From Zancudomyces culisetae HAW-14-8 (taxonomy: Eukaryota; Fungi; Kickxellomycota), in NCBI GenBank assembly GCA_052426225.1, contig JBNJNM010000011.1:3162001-3226000 (forward strand): 64,000 bases of DNA, written 5' to 3'. A model generated the notes under the pieces. It had not been told where the DNA came from. It made no database searches and saw nothing but the letters and a program-made list of their open reading frames with translations. Positions 11,644 to 25,311 of this stretch are shown piece by piece; position 1 is the first letter of the stretch, and the number at the start of each line of letters is the position of its first letter. Made by a program: the position numbers and the translations under genes.

Positions 11644-13261
11644 TTTTTCGACTCTTTTGTTGAAGAACGTGTTCTTTTTTTCTTAAAAAATACTTTAAAA
11701 ATGTTGTTATGATATAATTGCTACTTCTAGAGGGTACTGTAAATCTTACTATGATATAGTATCCTAAATACAGTCAATAACAATTTCACAATTGTATATA
11801 ATATAAAAAAGCGTCTTTTAATATAGCTACCAAAAACTATAACGAGGCTAATATAGATTTACAAAGTATGTAGTTTAAAAGATAGGGTTTGCATCTAAGG
11901 AACTACACTATCTCCATATTTATATCTCTCTTTCTCGGGTAGATTTATACTAGAACATGTTGGCTCCAAATAATACTAAAAAACTAGATAATTATCACAG
12001 TAGACATTTAGCACCAGTATATTCATGATATGTAAATCAGGATTACAGGTCCATGTGCTGGATTGATATTTGGCTCGGATTTGAATGTTCTGCCTTGAAA
12101 TCCCTGCCTTACTTGTGAGGACCCTAACATTTGTGTGTCTTCAAAATTTACTTACCAAGTGAAAGTGTATAGCTTATCGCTTTAGTTCTCAAACAATTAA
12201 GAGGCACTTTTCAGATTCACCATTGCTTACACTGCATATTGTTTTTCTTGCCCAAACCTTTCCTATATTGAAAGATGTTCGCATTGTAGTCAACTATTGT
12301 CAATGGTTCTCAATTTTTGTTTGCAGAGGCTGCCAAAGAAAGTCATGTTTTTTTGTAGCCCAAAAAAGTATCATTGTCAAGCAGGTGTATACTTAACGCA
12401 GTATCTCTATAATCCCATTCAAAAAGTATTAGAAGGGGAAAAGCTTGGTTGTGATAAATTCGACTTCGCTATCCGCCTGTGCACAAAAAGAACAAAAGCC
12501 GACTTTGTGCTTCTGTATTTTTTTCTTTCAAAGTGAGCTAAAAATAATTAGACTATCAGGAGAACTGTTAATCTATACAGGGAAAAAAGAATATTAACAG
12601 GCCCTTCCAAACATGAAAGCACTACCAAATAGAACTGTGTATGTCCATTTTTCCCTCAGCAATTCTATCAATTCAGTTTTTCAACGGAAGAAACCTGCTG
12701 TTCCCTTCACTACCCGATACGTGCTTAAACCTGGCACGCATAAATTTTACAATTATACGAAAGCGCTATTTACGTATGGGTACATTTTCTCACGCTTGGT
12801 ATGCTTGTAGTATTGAGAAGATTGTGTGTGGACATTTATTAAAAAGAGGGCATTTTGCCTACCTTAATAGAGAAAAAATATATATATTTAGTTTTTAGTT
12901 GTGCTAGATACCTATATTGAAGAAGTGGGTACATAGTTCTCAAGTCATCTTTTACTTGTTCATATTATACTTTATGAGTTTTTCTTATGTATGTTTATTT
13001 GGAACAGACGAAGAATGTAAATTATTTAGCGTCCCCTTAAATAGAAAGGACCTTTTTAAGTTCAAATTCCGGTAAACACTTTCTCTACTATAGTCCTGAT
13101 AATTGAGATGTTGACAATAAGACGAGGGGAGAGAGTGCATTAGCCAACTGTGGAAGAGCTCGCTTTCGCGGCATGTTCAAAATATTTATGCTGTATTGAG
13201 TACATGCTTGAATCATCTTGCATCAAAAAAAAATTTTTTTTGTGAGACCAAAATGTTGGAC

Positions 13262-13319
13262 TGAGTCTCTTAATCTCAAGGTTGTTGGGTTTGACCCCAC
13301 GTTGGGCTCCAAAAAAAAA
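13262..13319 (+). pseudogene. 5'-truncated processed tRNA-Lys(CTT) pseudogene with CCA and A-tail
   Basis: Anticodon arm TGAGT-CT-CTT-AA-TCTCA, degenerate T-arm and acceptor 3' strand GTTGGGC-T, then CCA (13309-13311) and an A-run to 13319. No D-arm or 5' acceptor strand upstream. Flanked by direct repeats. Confidence 0.85.
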
Positions 13320-14581
13320 TGTTGCACTGATGGTGGTCCAATAATCAATTTTGCGGTCACAGAAAAACTGGCAAAAAATTTTTTTTTAATCTTTGCAAAA
13401 ATTTTATTTGGGTATAAAGGGAGGATTGCAGTAGCATCCCCTCTTTCTTTTCTTTAGTCAAAGTTATAAAACTTTAAAAGCCGTATTCCTTAGATCCTCT
13501 AATCTTATTTTGCAGTATGTTCTCTTAACAGGCTGGGTGTATACAAAGTCATTTTGGAATATATCTGGTTACAGAGCGATGTACACAAAAATGGCTGTAG
13601 TTAGGGCTTGAGTCATTAATACGGTATAGCAGTCAAATAGCTACTATTTGAGACTTCCCAGAGAGGAGTGTAGAAGAAAGGGCAATTTCTTTGCAGAGGT
13701 TGTTTTTTTCTTTTGCTCTTCCTTTTCTTTGCTGAGAGATGGTGCCAGGCTAAGTATTCTTTGTTTTTGTTTTTGTTTTTGAAGACTGTGTTGAGTTTAT
13801 TGTATATCCTTTTGTCTAGTTATTTTTTGTTTACCACCTCTTATTTTTTCATTGTCTTTTCACACTGATTATTGTAATTGGTTCTTTTTGCGAGCCTTTC
13901 TCCAGAGTAGTTTTATGTTTGTCTCTTCAGTATGTTTTTTCTTTGTCGATTTGGCTTTGTACAAGTCAGTCATTAATTTTGGCTGATGTGTATAAAAGTG
14001 AGGTTGTAAAAGTTTAAACATGAGGGGTGAACCAAAGCGAAAATGGAGAAGGTGGTCGTGGAGGGAGTAACTTTTTTGCAGTAGCTGCGTGGATACAAGG
14101 ATAGTGCGAATATGGGAGACTGGTTGTAAAAATGATGGATAAATGGAAACAATAGACTTTGCAGTTGGAAACTACAGGTGCGAAGAATGGCTTTCTGGCT
14201 TAGGCTGTGCATATATGAACACATGTATACAACGCAGCCCAGCAGCAGAGCTGGGGAACATACCAATTCACTTTTTTGAATAAATAAACTCAAATTCAAC
14301 CCATACTATGCTTAAACATATGGGAGAAAGTGTGGATGGCGTGAAGCAAGTAGTGTGGTAACGTGTATTTTGGACATGTTGTGTGGTGGGTAATCGAAAT
14401 TGTAATACTATACAATGAATGACCACTCATCCAACATTCCGACTCGTCAAGCCCAAACAGTCAACATCACTATCCCATTTCTTCAATATCACTAATCTAG
14501 GGGAGGGGGGGGCACTGAGCTCGTTTTATTAGCAGAGTGAGACAAAATAATACTCTAAAAAGATAATATACAAAACCCAAC

Positions 14582-15682
14582 CTATATGTTTTTGGTGTTA
14601 CGTTTTTTGCGAGGTTTTAAAACACGGCCACCCCCAGAAAAGGCAGAGTCCTTGTTGTTAACTTGCAGGTTTTCAGCATTTCCATTCCCACCAGATTCTT
14701 CAGCAATATCCTGCTGAGCTGCCGGGTTACTGGGAAACCCAAAGAATAGGCAGCCCATTGGCAAATCCAGTTCGGCAGGATTATTGGGATCAAAATAGGC
14801 AGTTTCGTTGTTATTCTGACTCTCATTCTTAACAGGTTCTAGTGATGGTTTTCTCCTATTGCCCATGTCAACTTGCTTTATAAACGGCAGTATCTGGTTA
14901 AACATCGAGAAACTGTTGTTTGTATCCAGAGGGGCTCTGGAAACAGCTGGTGTGCTACTAGCTGTGTTTTTTGCGCTTGATGGCTCAACATATCCAGGTG
15001 GTGCCTCGAAATCAACACGCAAATCGGTTTCAACTATTGAAATACCATCTTTATCGGGTTGTGTCTCAACAACCAATATATCAAACAGCTTGTTGTTGTA
15101 CTTGATGGTGAACTTATCTCCTGTCGTGAGGGTAGAGTAATTCCGAAGGGCATTCTCCAAAACAGCTCTATGATCACTGATATCCAAAAAATCGGTGCTT
15201 TGTGGCTGAATTTTAACAAAACTTCCTAGCTTCAGCGAAATGTTCTCAATCGATACAAAGTCCCGGGTCTGTAGGCCAAGCGTTTTCATCAGCCATTCTG
15301 GTAGATATATCTGGCCCTCGTTGGCTGTGAATTCAAGCACACCAGCATTAGATATTTTTCCTGTGGTATTGTTTGTTAGTCGAAATAGCATGGGGTACTC
15401 TACGTTTAAACGACTCAGTCTATCCAGTGCTGAAGAAGGTAGAAATATTTTTCCACCATAATTGGCATTTTGATGTGTTTGTCCATCAAGACTAGATAAT
15501 GAGAATGCACGATACTGTGCTTTAAATGTCTGGTTAGGATCTCTTCGTCTGCCAAATCCAAAAGGAAAGCCCGAAAACCCACCGAATTGGTCTTCCTCCT
15601 GGTTGTAATCAGCATACTATTATAATAATAAAAAACATTAGCATATAGAGGCGGTATTCATTCAAAATTTACACCTTACCAT
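14582..15682 (-). CDS. UFD1: Ubiquitin fusion degradation protein 1 (Cdc48 cofactor), 2 exons
   Basis: ATG at 15682-15680, intron 15679-15617, then an open frame giving NYGGKIFLPSSALDRL..VEYPMLF, GVLEFTA and C-terminal SHP box FSGGGRVL. Confidence 0.95.
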
Positions 15683-16209
15683 GTCTTCCCTCGCGCTTTT
15701 TATGCAAATTGGCCGGTGTTACTAAAAAGATAGTAGAATAATTCGAGAGTATTTCTTGTCTTTTCGCTCGCCTTTGTGTTTTTGGTTAGTTTTCAAATAT
15801 ATGAAATAAAATATCTGTGACTTAAAATTGAATTTTCCAGAGAATTTAGCCAGTTCCCCAAATTTATGCTGGTGTAATAAAACAAAGAGGGAACCATGGC
15901 GGAATCTGTTTACGTATGCAAACTATTCTTTTTGGCAATTGGAAAACAAAAAATACCCCAATTTAATTGGAAGAGAGATACAGTACCAAGTTTGCTCTTT
16001 TTTCGCTGTTTTATATCATTTTTGAGGAAATTGGTGGATAGGAGAAGGGGAAGGAATAAAAAAAAAATTTTTTAGGCTAATAGCAACATCAAAATAATAA
16101 TTGTTTATATTCCAGCTACCAGCGTACAAAAAAAAACTGGTTACCTTCTATATTATAAATAAAAATAGTCAGATTGAGATCAAAACAAATCGGAATTAAA
16201 AACTAGAAA

Positions 16210-17475
16210 ATGGCTGAGAAGGTACAAAAGTCGATGGCCAAATTTTTGGCAAGGGAGGCTGAAGAGGAAATCGATCTGACTCTTCCAAAACATCTGGAAT
16301 GGATAGAAGAAAGCGAAGGAGCAGGAAAACGAACAGTGGTGATTGAGCCAATGGTTGCATTTAAAATTATCAAGCATGCAAGAGAACAATATCCAAACAC
16401 AGTAAACGGGCAAGTCGTAGGACTGGAGGTTCGAGGAGGAACACTCGAAGTAACCAATTGTTTCCCAGTTCCAGCTCAATTTCGCAACGAGACGGAAGAA
16501 ACCAACTACCAGCTTGAGATGATGAACTATCTACAGGAAGTAAATATGGAAAGCAATTTGATTGGATGGTATTTTTCAACAAAAAACGGAAGGTTTATGC
16601 AGAGATCGTACCTAGACATGCAAGTAGCCTACCAAGAAAGCTCAACGAACAAGGCTATAGTTCTGGTTCATGATGTTGCGAGAACCAAGAACGGGGCTTT
16701 TAGTTTAAGAGCCTTCCAATTGACAGATAAATTTCTTGAATTAATCAAGCAAAAGAAACAGAAAAAGCAGGATCAACAACCCAGTGATGATGCAGGGTTC
16801 AGTATTGAGGATGAGGATATAAATACCGAAGATATCCTCAAAAGCAAATTGAGCTTTAACAACATCTATGAAGAAATCCCGGTCAGTATCAAAAATCTAT
16901 CGTTGATGAAAGTATTGATGTATGAAATGGAGAAGCAACAGTGTGAAAATGCTAAACCAACAAATTGGATGGAGCCAGGAGCAGAGGGTGCTAAAGACAA
17001 CAAAAACGTCCGTACTGCCATTGAAGAAGGTGGATTCGGTAGCAAGTTTGACACACTAGCATTGAAACCAATTAATTCGCTGCAAGAGCAACTCGGGATG
17101 ATGACGGAATGTATAGACCAATATATCCAGGATGCAAATTCGTGGATGTACTGGAAGAGAGGAACCGCAAAAGAAATGTCAAAGCGACAAGCATACATAG
17201 CTAGAAAACGGCAAGAGCGGAATGCAGTAAGAGTAGCGAGCGGGCAGGAACCTTTGCCTGTACCATCAATCAACTCACCACTAGACCTTTCGACACTTGA
17301 AGAGGACGAGAAGAAGGAGGTCGAAAAAATGTTTAAACTTCAAAAGGAACCTGGAAGACTCAATTCGGTTTTGAACATGGCACAGTTGCATATCATGACC
17401 AAGCAAACTACACAGATTACAGGACCTTCGATTGCTAGGCTGTACGCAGTTAAATCCTTTGATACCTCTGAGTAA
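16210..17475 (+). CDS. EIF3H: Translation initiation factor 3 subunit H (MPN domain)
   Basis: Non-catalytic MPN domain (VAFKIIKH, LEVTNCFP, NLIGWY, LVHD, SLRAFQL) and the C-terminal EPGRLNS motif typical of eIF3h. Confidence 0.9.
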   Translation: MAEKVQKSMAKFLAREAEEEIDLTLPKHLEWIEESEGAGKRTVVIEPMVAFKIIKHAREQYPNTVNGQVVGLEVRGGTLEVTNCFPVPAQFRNETEETNYQLEMMNYLQEVNMESNLIGWYFSTKNGRFMQRSYLDMQVAYQESSTNKAIVLVHDVARTKNGAFSLRAFQLTDKFLELIKQKKQKKQDQQPSDDAGFSIEDEDINTEDILKSKLSFNNIYEEIPVSIKNLSLMKVLMYEMEKQQCENAKPTNWMEPGAEGAKDNKNVRTAIEEGGFGSKFDTLALKPINSLQEQLGMMTECIDQYIQDANSWMYWKRGTAKEMSKRQAYIARKRQERNAVRVASGQEPLPVPSINSPLDLSTLEEDEKKEVEKMFKLQKEPGRLNSVLNMAQLHIMTKQTTQITGPSIARLYAVKSFDTSE

Positions 17476-17592
17476 ATATATATGTCTGAATGGGTTAAAA
17501 GATATAGCCATTTTGTTTGATTGTTATCTCTTTTTCGTTTTCTCTTGTTTATTTTTCTTTACATAAAAACTTATTTTCTAATGATCATGTTA

Positions 17593-19949
17593 TTAGTCTA
17601 CTAAAATGTCCTTAAAAGTACTTATACCAATAAGTTTTCCCTTGTCACCTACAACAAGAATTATCCTGGGCCCAATGGCTTTAAAAATGTCATATACTGT
17701 TTCAACGGGCATGTCCTTGTGGACAGTTATGGGTGTAGTATTCACCAATTGCCACATGTTAATGATGCTTGTTGAGGCCACCGAGTCGGCATAGATAATG
17801 TCATTATTAAAACTGCTGTAGCTGTTATTAACAAAGCTAATATTAGCGTCCAAGAACTCAGCCCTAATGAGCTGGCTGTTTTTCCTCAAATAATTGTGCA
17901 GGTCTTCTCGATTCACAAGACCTTCAAGCTGATAGTCCTCCATATTGTTAACTATTGGAAATGCTCGATATTTGGCACAAGAACGATTGTTGAGCAGTTC
18001 TAGTAACTGCCCTACAGTTGTCTCATTTTGCGCAAGAACGACCAAATCTTGGCCTACCTGGACGCCCACTGCATCCCCTATTTTCCCACCAAACGTCCGC
18101 TTTGCGGGCAAAATTATCTGTTGTTCCTCGTCGCCATTTTGACTATTATCTGCCTCCTCTTGCACTTTTCGCGCACAATCTCCCCCTCCTTCCTCTTCTC
18201 CTTCTACTTCCTCCTCCTCCTCCTCGCGTAGGTATGGAATCCCATTAAGCCTGATAAGTTGCTCTGTAATTCCACCACTAGGCAGTAAATAGTCAGCAAC
18301 TATCCGAGAGACCATTACGACCACCATAGTAGGAACTATAAACCCAAGGGCCCCAGTAAGCTCATACATGATCACTACGACTGCAACCGTTACTCTAGTT
18401 ACACCTGTTAGTGCTGCGCTTGCTCCAAGAAATGCATATGTAGCCGCCGTCACACACGGAGTATCCGGAGTACACTGGGAAAACAACGCCCATTCCGGAT
18501 GTGCTTTCTGTAACATTTGTATCGCTATTCCAACCATTCTACCAAACGTTGCACCAATTGCCATTGATGGTACAAATATTCCACATGGCACCTTGCAACC
18601 ATATGCAAAAACTGTACCTATAAATCGCACTACGGTCGCGAAGAATAACCCCACCATGACTTGCTGCCTAGCAGGTCCTTTATCGCACAACTGTGACCAA
18701 TTCCCATTTCTTTCTGAACACTCTTTGAATAAATATCCCAAAAGCTCCCCCATATCGACTTGTGTAAACCTATTAAAATAAAATAAAACGCACGACATCA
18801 ATGCCAGAAATCCCACCTCCATTTCAGTTCCCAATATTTTCCCCCGCTTTCTTTTACGGATCTCTGCTACTTTTACATTAAATTTCGTTAAATATGCACC
18901 CATAACACCGCCAAATACCCCCAACAATACATAAAAGATCAGCTCAAAAAAGTGCCACTGCCGTGAATATGTCGCGTGAAACATCACCAGCTTTCCTGTA
19001 CGAAATGGGTTCATAAACGCCAACATAGTGGTTGCTATTAGTGCACAAAAAAAAGAACGACCCACTGTACCCAATGGAAACACTGTACTTATATCCTCCA
19101 TTGAAAATATTACCCCTCCTATCGGTGAACCAAATGCAACTGCTACCCCTGCTGCTGCTGATGCCGACAATATCTCACGTTGTTTAATCTTGTTGGACTT
19201 GTATTTACCAAATCTCCTACAAATTACATTTCCAACACAGCACCCCATATGCACAGCAGGACCTTCTTTCCCTACACTCAGCATCGACGCCACGCTTAGC
19301 GCCAGTCCAACAGACTTGATTACCAATGTCCGAAATTCCATGAAGCCCCTGATAAAAAACCCTGCCAAAATACTTTTTATCTCTGGTAATCCCGAGCCCG
19401 CTGCGTATGGCGCATACTCCTTAACTAAAATTCCACTTGCCATACCAAAACTTGTCCCTAATAACACAAACATAAAGAATTCTATAAATCCACCCCCGAT
19501 ACCTCCCTTTGCTCGAAACACTATTTCGCTCCACTCTCTAAAATCCTCGCATCCTCCCTCTGAATTCCAATTTTCCCAGCAGCAAAATTTTTCATTTAAC
19601 CACCACCCCTTTGAGCATACACCCTTTTTCATGCCGCTTAGCCACTCGGTTGCTATCGATATCATGGCTGTATTCACACCTATTGCTATTCCTACCAAAA
19701 ATACCACTATCCAAACCTGTGCCGCTTCGTATCCCATCAACATCCTACCCAACATTGGCTTATATCGTACAGTATTTTTTATTTCTTCTTCTCTCTCTTC
19801 TTCATTTCGTTTTTCTTTGATCCAGTCTACAGATATTAACAGTTTGATTTATTCATTTTTACATCCTCCTGTCTACTATTTTTTTTCTTACCTATTGTCT
19901 CAAACTCCTCGAATCTCGCCGTAAGCTTTTCGTTGTTTCTGTGCCGCAT
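17593..19949 (-). CDS. CLC-family chloride/proton transporter (ClC-3/Gef1-like) with CBS domains, at least 2 exons
   Basis: GSGLPE, GKEGP and GIFVP motifs plus a CBS pair. An upstream exon (19949-19892) spliced to 19826 restores the conserved FEEFETIDWI. The true start is uncertain. Confidence 0.92.
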
Positions 19950-20951
19950 TTTGTCCACTACTATGTTCTGGATGGTTATATTTTTCTTTGTTTTAAACTG
20001 TGAGTTTTTGCTTAGCTCTGTAATGAATTCCCGCTTTTGTATATTGCTACAAATGCTTATTTATTCATCGTAAAGAGTTTGTTATGCAATATTTTTTTAT
20101 GAACATACAAACTTTAGTCGCAAAGACGTTCAAAATTTGATACACCCACTTCTTGTAGCCGACTTTTTTGTACAAGATTTATTCGACTGAACATGCAGTG
20201 CTCTTTTGCGGCTATTGCTATTAGTATCTTCCCTCTATTTATATAAAGGTCGGAATTTACTTGAGTCTCGTGTTAAATATCTCTGCTAACCTAAAAACAC
20301 CTCTGATACTTTTGCTGAGCTGCTTTTTTCTTTCTCAAAGTTAAAATATGTGAAAACAAATAAATTAGCAAATAATTAGATGAATTTGAAATTTAGGGTC
20401 TCTTGTGTTGCCAAATAGGCGGATTCTGTTAACCTTGTTGGTTTTTAATCACATTCTCATTATTGTAGCGCTTTCCCTCAAAAGACAGTAAATAAACGAT
20501 TATACATAAGCGATATATGTTTGCCTATCAGAACGTGTGGTATTAATACAACCGGCATGTATATGAGCCACCAGGCCCACGTAGTTTTTCTTTTGTCTGA
20601 AAGAAGTTGTAGTTGAAAATATAGTATACTAGAGGGAAGGTCTGATACTAAATTACAGCCACCGAACTGTAATAATATCTCATCCATCTCCTTTCAGCCT
20701 AAAATCATAAAATACATTTATTCACTGTGGGTTGGTACATCCGACCAAGAAAAGAGAAAAGAAAAAGAAAAAAGTATAGTGATAAAAATTAAAAAGCGTA
20801 TATATCATAGACAAATTAACAGTTGAATGCTAGTTGCAGTGGTCATATTCCCATCACACACAGCTTTATAGTATAAAAACGATGTATAAAACAACAAACA
20901 CACCGCAACTTCTCTGGTCCAATGTAAGTGCGGTGAAACGAATAGTAGAAG

Positions 20952-22647
20952 TTATAATTCTGACCGTTGTCGCTTTCTTCCAGAGTTGATTTCAGAGTCC
21001 ATCTGCAGTTATTTACAAAACAGGTTATCACTTTTTGTACTAGAATTTTTTTTTCTTAAAAAAACCATAATAGGTAAAGATAAATACACAAAAGACACCG
21101 AAAGTACCCACCTGCCTATGCTGTGTTATATTAGAGCTGGGTGTGTGTATCCCCCTAAAGTTTTTGTTGAGTTCCTATGTGAAAGAAAGCCAGTTAACCG
21201 TTTAATAGGATGCATCTAAAGTTCGAATATGCTAATAAAAATTACATTTTTTATCCTCTTAGCCCTTTCTAGTTTTGTCTTTTGTTGCCCAAGCAATACG
21301 GATAGCTCTCTAACAATTTCTGATCGTAGTCCTTCCTCTCTCTCAACACTTTTGATATATTCATCAATTTGAGTTTCATGCACATCGTCTATTTTTCATT
21401 AGTTTCAACTCGCTCAGCCAAAGTCACCATGAAAACCACAACCATTGTCATTTATTTTTTACCTTTTGCTTTGTTCCCAATCAATTTGGATAGTTGCTCG
21501 TTCGCTCTTGCTATCTCTGTTATCGCGGAATTTAACGAATTTATTCGTTTCTAACGCAGAGTAGAGGAAATACCAAGATTATAGTACATGAGAATGAAGA
21601 TAAATCTCCAATGCATAACTAAAACACAACTATATTCATTTTCAGGAACTAAACTTACCATATTTAAATTTTCATAATCAGATGTACTCGCAAGCCCTAT
21701 CAAATTAATACATCGGTTACTTTCTCGTAGTTAGGCATATCTACAAGGTAATCGTACATTAACAACGGTAAAAATAATATAACGAACCTGCTTCCTCTCT
21801 AAATCTACTCAAAACATCCGCTGGGTAAACACGTCGAGATTCCCATATCTCTAATACTCTCGACACTTCATGCGTAGCATCAGGCTCGCTTCTTTTATTG
21901 TGCATTCGAAATATGTACATAGTAATCAATTAGCTTATGTCGTTATTTTTTTAGCGCTATGTCTTACCTAATAATAAATTTAATACTATCGGGCAAAATC
22001 TATGAGGTAATGTTTTAATATTAATTCTTTTATCATACTCTAGTTAAGATGATGGTGTTTCTAAGTGGAAGAAAACTGATATTACTCAAATATGGTATGC
22101 ATTAACCAAATATTAAAGTTAAACTTACGGAGCTAAACGCTGCTAGAAATTCGTTTCCCTTTTTCCTCGAGAGTTGAAGTACGTCATTACACAGGTATAA
22201 CATTGCTATTTTTCTCTCCTTTGATGCTATTTGGTTAGTTTTATTTTGCATCTTTCATTTGGTTTTCACCGAATCGTACTAAAACTTCATATGTCAAGTC
22301 GCCATCTGTTCATTAATTTTGGCTTATACACCCATTCGAGCATTCTTGCAGATACTTACAAATTTCCAACTCATCCTTCCATAATTTTGCCATCTTGTTG
22401 GCTTCCTTTCTATAAAATATCATCCCTATCCAAGTATTCAAAGTAAAAGTTGAATACCAATCGAAAAAAACGGGGCATTAGTTTTCCTGGTGTCAATTAT
22501 GAGCAATCAAGCTGGTCTGGATTGCATATAATCAAACCACACAGTTATTTTTGCACACTTACATTGTGATAATCTTGATATTGCCTCTGAGCTCTTGTTT
22601 AAGCTTTTGAGCTTGCCTATGTATATCGAATCCGAAAATGCCATCAT
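20952..22647 (-). CDS. RTT103: RNA Pol II CTD-interacting (CID/RPR) protein, Rtt103/RPRD1-like, 10 exons
   Basis: Manual splice of 22647-22563, 22425-22360, 22226-22129, 21999-21968, 21891-21788, 21696-21659, 21550-21463, 21388-21246, 21174-21112 and 21002-20952 totals 768 nt. Gives MAFSDSIYIGKLKSLNKSSEAISRLSQWMIFYRK..KIAMLYLCNDVLQLS..RVLEIWESRRVY followed by a coiled coil. 3' exons are less certain. Confidence 0.85.
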
Positions 22648-23656
22648 TGAACCGTTTGCTTATACTTGTTTCCCAGGGAGAAAGAGGTTTGTGTTTATCG
22701 TGCACAATCAATATAGAACACGTAATTTGCAGCCTCTGTAGATCGTATGCTCAAAAACAGTCGTTATAATACCTGTTTTAAAGTCGTCTTTATTATTTTA
22801 TTTTTTGCTGATTGCTTTTTTTGGCTCTACTTGAAAAAAATGATTATGTCAAACATAGCCTAGCATTTTTTCGAGTTTATGATAATTCGCATTTTCATCA
22901 GCTTTGTTAATTTCAAGTGACTCTGCACGTTTATTGGTTGTACTGTTTTCTTGTTGTGATAAAGCGGAGGGCCAAACTGGTAGCAATAAAAGGTTGTTGG
23001 AGTATCTTTATTGAATAAAAAACTATAACACTAGATATTAAACATCGATGTAGAAAAAGTTAGACAAGCACTATAAATTTATAAAACTAGGAATATATAT
23101 CAAGTTCATCCACACAGTACTTTTCCGTGATCTCACTTTGATCTACTACACTCTGTAATCATCTGCAGTTATTGCGTAAAATCTCATCAAACTGATGGGA
23201 AACAAAGATAAAGATGAGGGGGTGTGAGGCAAACCAATACCTCTTGTATCGCTCGATATGACATTCATTCTTTTATAGCAGAACGCAAGAAAACGATAAA
23301 AACACCCATACTCCCTATCCTTGTCCCCCTTCCATTCCTTTTCCTCTCCTTACCCCTCATCTCCTTTTAGTTACAGGACATTTATACATTTTAACCTTGC
23401 ACACCCTCCTATAGGCTTTCAACACTATTGAATGACGAGACAACACACAAGGGTAACAGGGGAGGAGGGGGAGTGTATAATATGGATGTATAACATGGGT
23501 ATAAATTTTGTCTAAAGCACAACCATGGTTAATCACAAATAATTTCTTTTGGTTTTTTCTTTTACAAGTTGATAAAAACGCCTAAAGAAACAAGCATAAA
23601 GCATAAAATCAGGTATTTTAGTATCAAAAATTGGTATTAGGAAGCTCTACACAAGC

Positions 23657-24719
<1,063 letters not shown>

Positions 24720-25279
24720 TTTGAAGTGTTTTGTCTAGTATATTACTGCGTCTAGTAAGCCTGTGCTTCTCGATTAGATAAATTCGCTTCGAATTACCCA
24801 AGTTTTTTTTTCTTATGCTTTTAGAAAATTTTTTTTGAACCAGAGAACTTTAGGTATTAAAAGCGGCTGTGAGGTGAAAGGAGTATGTTGTTTATTTATT
24901 AATTTCTTATAATCCCTAAACCATTTCCACTAATAACTTTGATTCGGCCTATTAGTGTAAGTAAACGGATGCTTTATTTCGAATTTTTCGAATTTTTTGC
25001 AAGAGGTGTCTGGATGGAACAATGCGAAGGCGGGATCCCCTCCAAGTGCTTGATTATCACATTTTGTAATGATTCAAAAAATGCCATATCTGATTCCCAT
25101 TTGGCAATTCGCGGGCGGGTTTCAACTTTGATTTCATGCTTGATCACAATTGGCCGATAATTCGTTCCTCAAATTTCTTTATCTCTACCCCCTCTTGATT
25201 AAAAACGCTGAAAAAAAAAACTGACAAAAAGGGGGAAATTTCGAGAATCTTAGAACATCCTTACATAGCCTATTATCCA

Positions 25280-25311
25280 AACCAGCCAACCAGCCAACCA
25301 GCCAACCAGCC
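25280..25311. repeat. Tandem repeat (AACCAGCC)4
   Basis: Four perfect 8-mers read directly. Confidence 0.9.

Noticed and set aside
13262-13311. Functional tRNA-Lys gene
   Set aside because: The 5' half (acceptor strand, D-arm/A-box) is absent and the T-loop/B-box is mutated.
19028-19924. 298-aa + strand ORF
   Set aside because: Antisense shadow of the CLC gene with no recognisable motifs.
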